A stretch of 64,000 nucleotides of DNA. It comes from Phoronis australis. Lineage: Eukaryota > Animalia > Phoronida. The notes under the pieces were generated by a model. The model made no database searches. It was given only the letters and a program-made list of their open reading frames with translations, and was not told the DNA's origin. The stretch covers positions 318,809-382,808 of the forward strand of contig NMRA01000441.1 in assembly GCA_002633005.1 (NCBI GenBank), written 5' to 3'. A program made the position numbers and the translations under genes. Position 1 is the stretch's first letter. The number at the start of each line of letters is the position of its first letter. Below, in pieces: positions 62,078 to 64,000 of this stretch.

Positions 62078-63619
62078 GAACTAGTGAACCACTACATATG
62101 AGTTTGTCTGTGGCGGTTATAGAGAAAATACACTTAAACAATGTTGAGTTTTGTTTTATGTTATTGTATCTTAAAAATTAGTATGCCAAACAGCTAGTTC
62201 CACTGTGGGAAGCCGTTTGTTTGCACAATGTCTTTGTTTAATACCTGTGTGAGAAGCTTTGTGAAAAAATGCTTGGAATGTTTTGTGTCGTTTTATTTTG
62301 TTTTAATCGTCACCTAGTGTGAGCAAATCACATAGCTAGCAAACGAAACACTATTTCATTGACTTTTATTACTACACTAAATTCATTGAACTTAAATATT
62401 CCTTATTGGAAAGATTTACTAGGCTCAAAAATGCATTGCAAATATTCAAGCTCGCTGTGGCCAAAACGATTCAACGTTGACCATATATCAAGTTTCCAAG
62501 CATTCAAGGTTCCGCACTAACCTTCCATAACGTTATAGTGGCAGATGCTTTCAAGTTTGTATCAGAACACTTTGCCACGTTGTCACAGGCAAACAGGTCA
62601 TGACACAACTTTATTTTGATCACCATGGGCTCGTAGCCATGGATGGCGTGAAGGGTGTGTACGCAACTTGCACCATCAGGTAAGGTAAGCTAAAGGAACA
62701 GCCTGGGATAGGAAGTTAAGGTCGGACTCTACCTCAAGCTTGAGCCGACAGCAGATATCGTTTGTCAATTTTCAGATTAACAAACTAGAAACTATTTGCG
62801 AAACACTCTTGATTAACCTTTATCCTGCTGTGGGTGAGTACTGGCCAAGCCTAATTAGTGCTGTAAAGCTGTAGTGGTGCCCTACTCGGCAAAGGGGAAG
62901 GGAAATGTGAATAGAGGATCACCATTTTGATGATTTCAACCAATCCTAGTTCTGTCAGCTCCTAATTCATCATTGGCGTGATACTTGAAAGGAAAAAGCA
63001 GCTGAGTCAACTAAAAACTCATACTCCCTATGTCTGATAATATGGTTCTTGGTGGGTGCAGGTCCTTCCCCACAGTTACTGTGTTACGTACTAAGTCGCT
63101 AAAGGCACAGGTCTCTGACGCTTTCTCTATCGTTATCTGTAGCAGACCTTGAAAGGAGTTTTCAAAACTTCCTTCAAACTTTCAAGGACTGTCGAAGGTT
63201 ACAAAGCATCATTTTCTTTCAGATGCTTGGATGGGAAATTTGTTTTTGATATCTGTTAATTGGCCAAAACCGGATTTGGTGTATTATCTCAAAGGGTTAA
63301 TCTAGTTCAAAAACTTGAAATTATATACCAAATTAAGTAATATTAACATGGTATAATGTTTACCTGTTCTCTGTAATCAAACTAAAAGTTTTTTTAGCAC
63401 AAGCCGAAATCACAAGGCTATTCGCGTCTATTTCGTGGCCTGTGTTCATTGTGCATCAATTGAACGAATCCTAAATGACGGTCACGCTGTCCTTAAAAAT
63501 GTATTGGTATTCACCGTGAGCGTGTAAGCGTTATTTTGTTTTATTTGTTTTTGGTTCTCATTTTGGGTCCTTAGTATTATACAGATATTGTTATTTATTG
63601 TCCAAATTTTATATTTTTT

Positions 63620-64000
63620 GTGTGTGAAAACTCAAGATGGTCTTGCAGAGTTCTTTGATTGTACTGTTGGTACTCGCCAGGGTTGCATGATCAGCCCATT
63701 ATTATTTGTGTTGTATCTAAATGAATTTCTGGATCAAATGAGTATGAAAAGTAATATTAATAGCACATATCTCAGCGAACAAGTGCCAAGAGTTAACTCC
63801 CTACTGTACGCAGACGATATGGTGTTATGTTCCTCTACCGCCATCAACTTACAACGTATGCTTAATTGTTTGGCCGAATTTCGCAAATCATGGGGCATGC
63901 AAGTAAACTTGAAAAAAACTAAAGTGGTCGTTTTCAGAAATGGCGGTCCCCTAAGACGATATTAGAAATGGTTTTACAATGGAACATTGGTTGATGTGGT
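63620..64000 (+). mobile_element. 5'-truncated LINE reverse transcriptase fragment (clade not resolved), continues past window end
   Basis: GTRQGCMISPLLFVLYLNE...LLYADDMVL...LQRMLNCL...WGMQVNLKKTKVVVF are non-LTR RT motifs; in-frame stop at 63963-63965. Confidence 0.9.

Overview
Intron-rich, AT-rich eukaryotic (metazoan, most plausibly marine invertebrate; inference) genomic DNA. Left half: the 5' six exons of the BBSome gene TTC8/BBS8 (minus strand, runs off the window start) lie head-to-head, with 307 bp between the start codons, with a complete 21-exon DHTKD1 (2-oxoadipate dehydrogenase E1, ~929 aa, plus strand, 5278-25577). Right half: a transposon-dense region hiding a 4-exon gene the ORF track sees only in part (34296-62077, ~605 aa). 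I assembled it by hand from phase-compatible GT-AG exons. It has an N-terminal CARD-like death-fold domain, a long coiled coil and a C-terminal Cys/His zinc-binding module resembling CHORD/Btk-type fingers. I do not recognise this architecture, and it is the best candidate for something new here. Repeats include tRNA-derived SINEs with TSDs, Penelope-like fragments with decayed hammerhead-like motifs, a Helentron-associated (HINE-like) element carrying a ~430-bp tandem array, an IS3EU-like DNA transposon relic, a THAP + YqaJ-like relic, nested 5-bp-TSD MITEs, foldback elements, and L1/Tx1-like, other LINE and Gypsy fragments. All domain calls are by eye, with no database searches.
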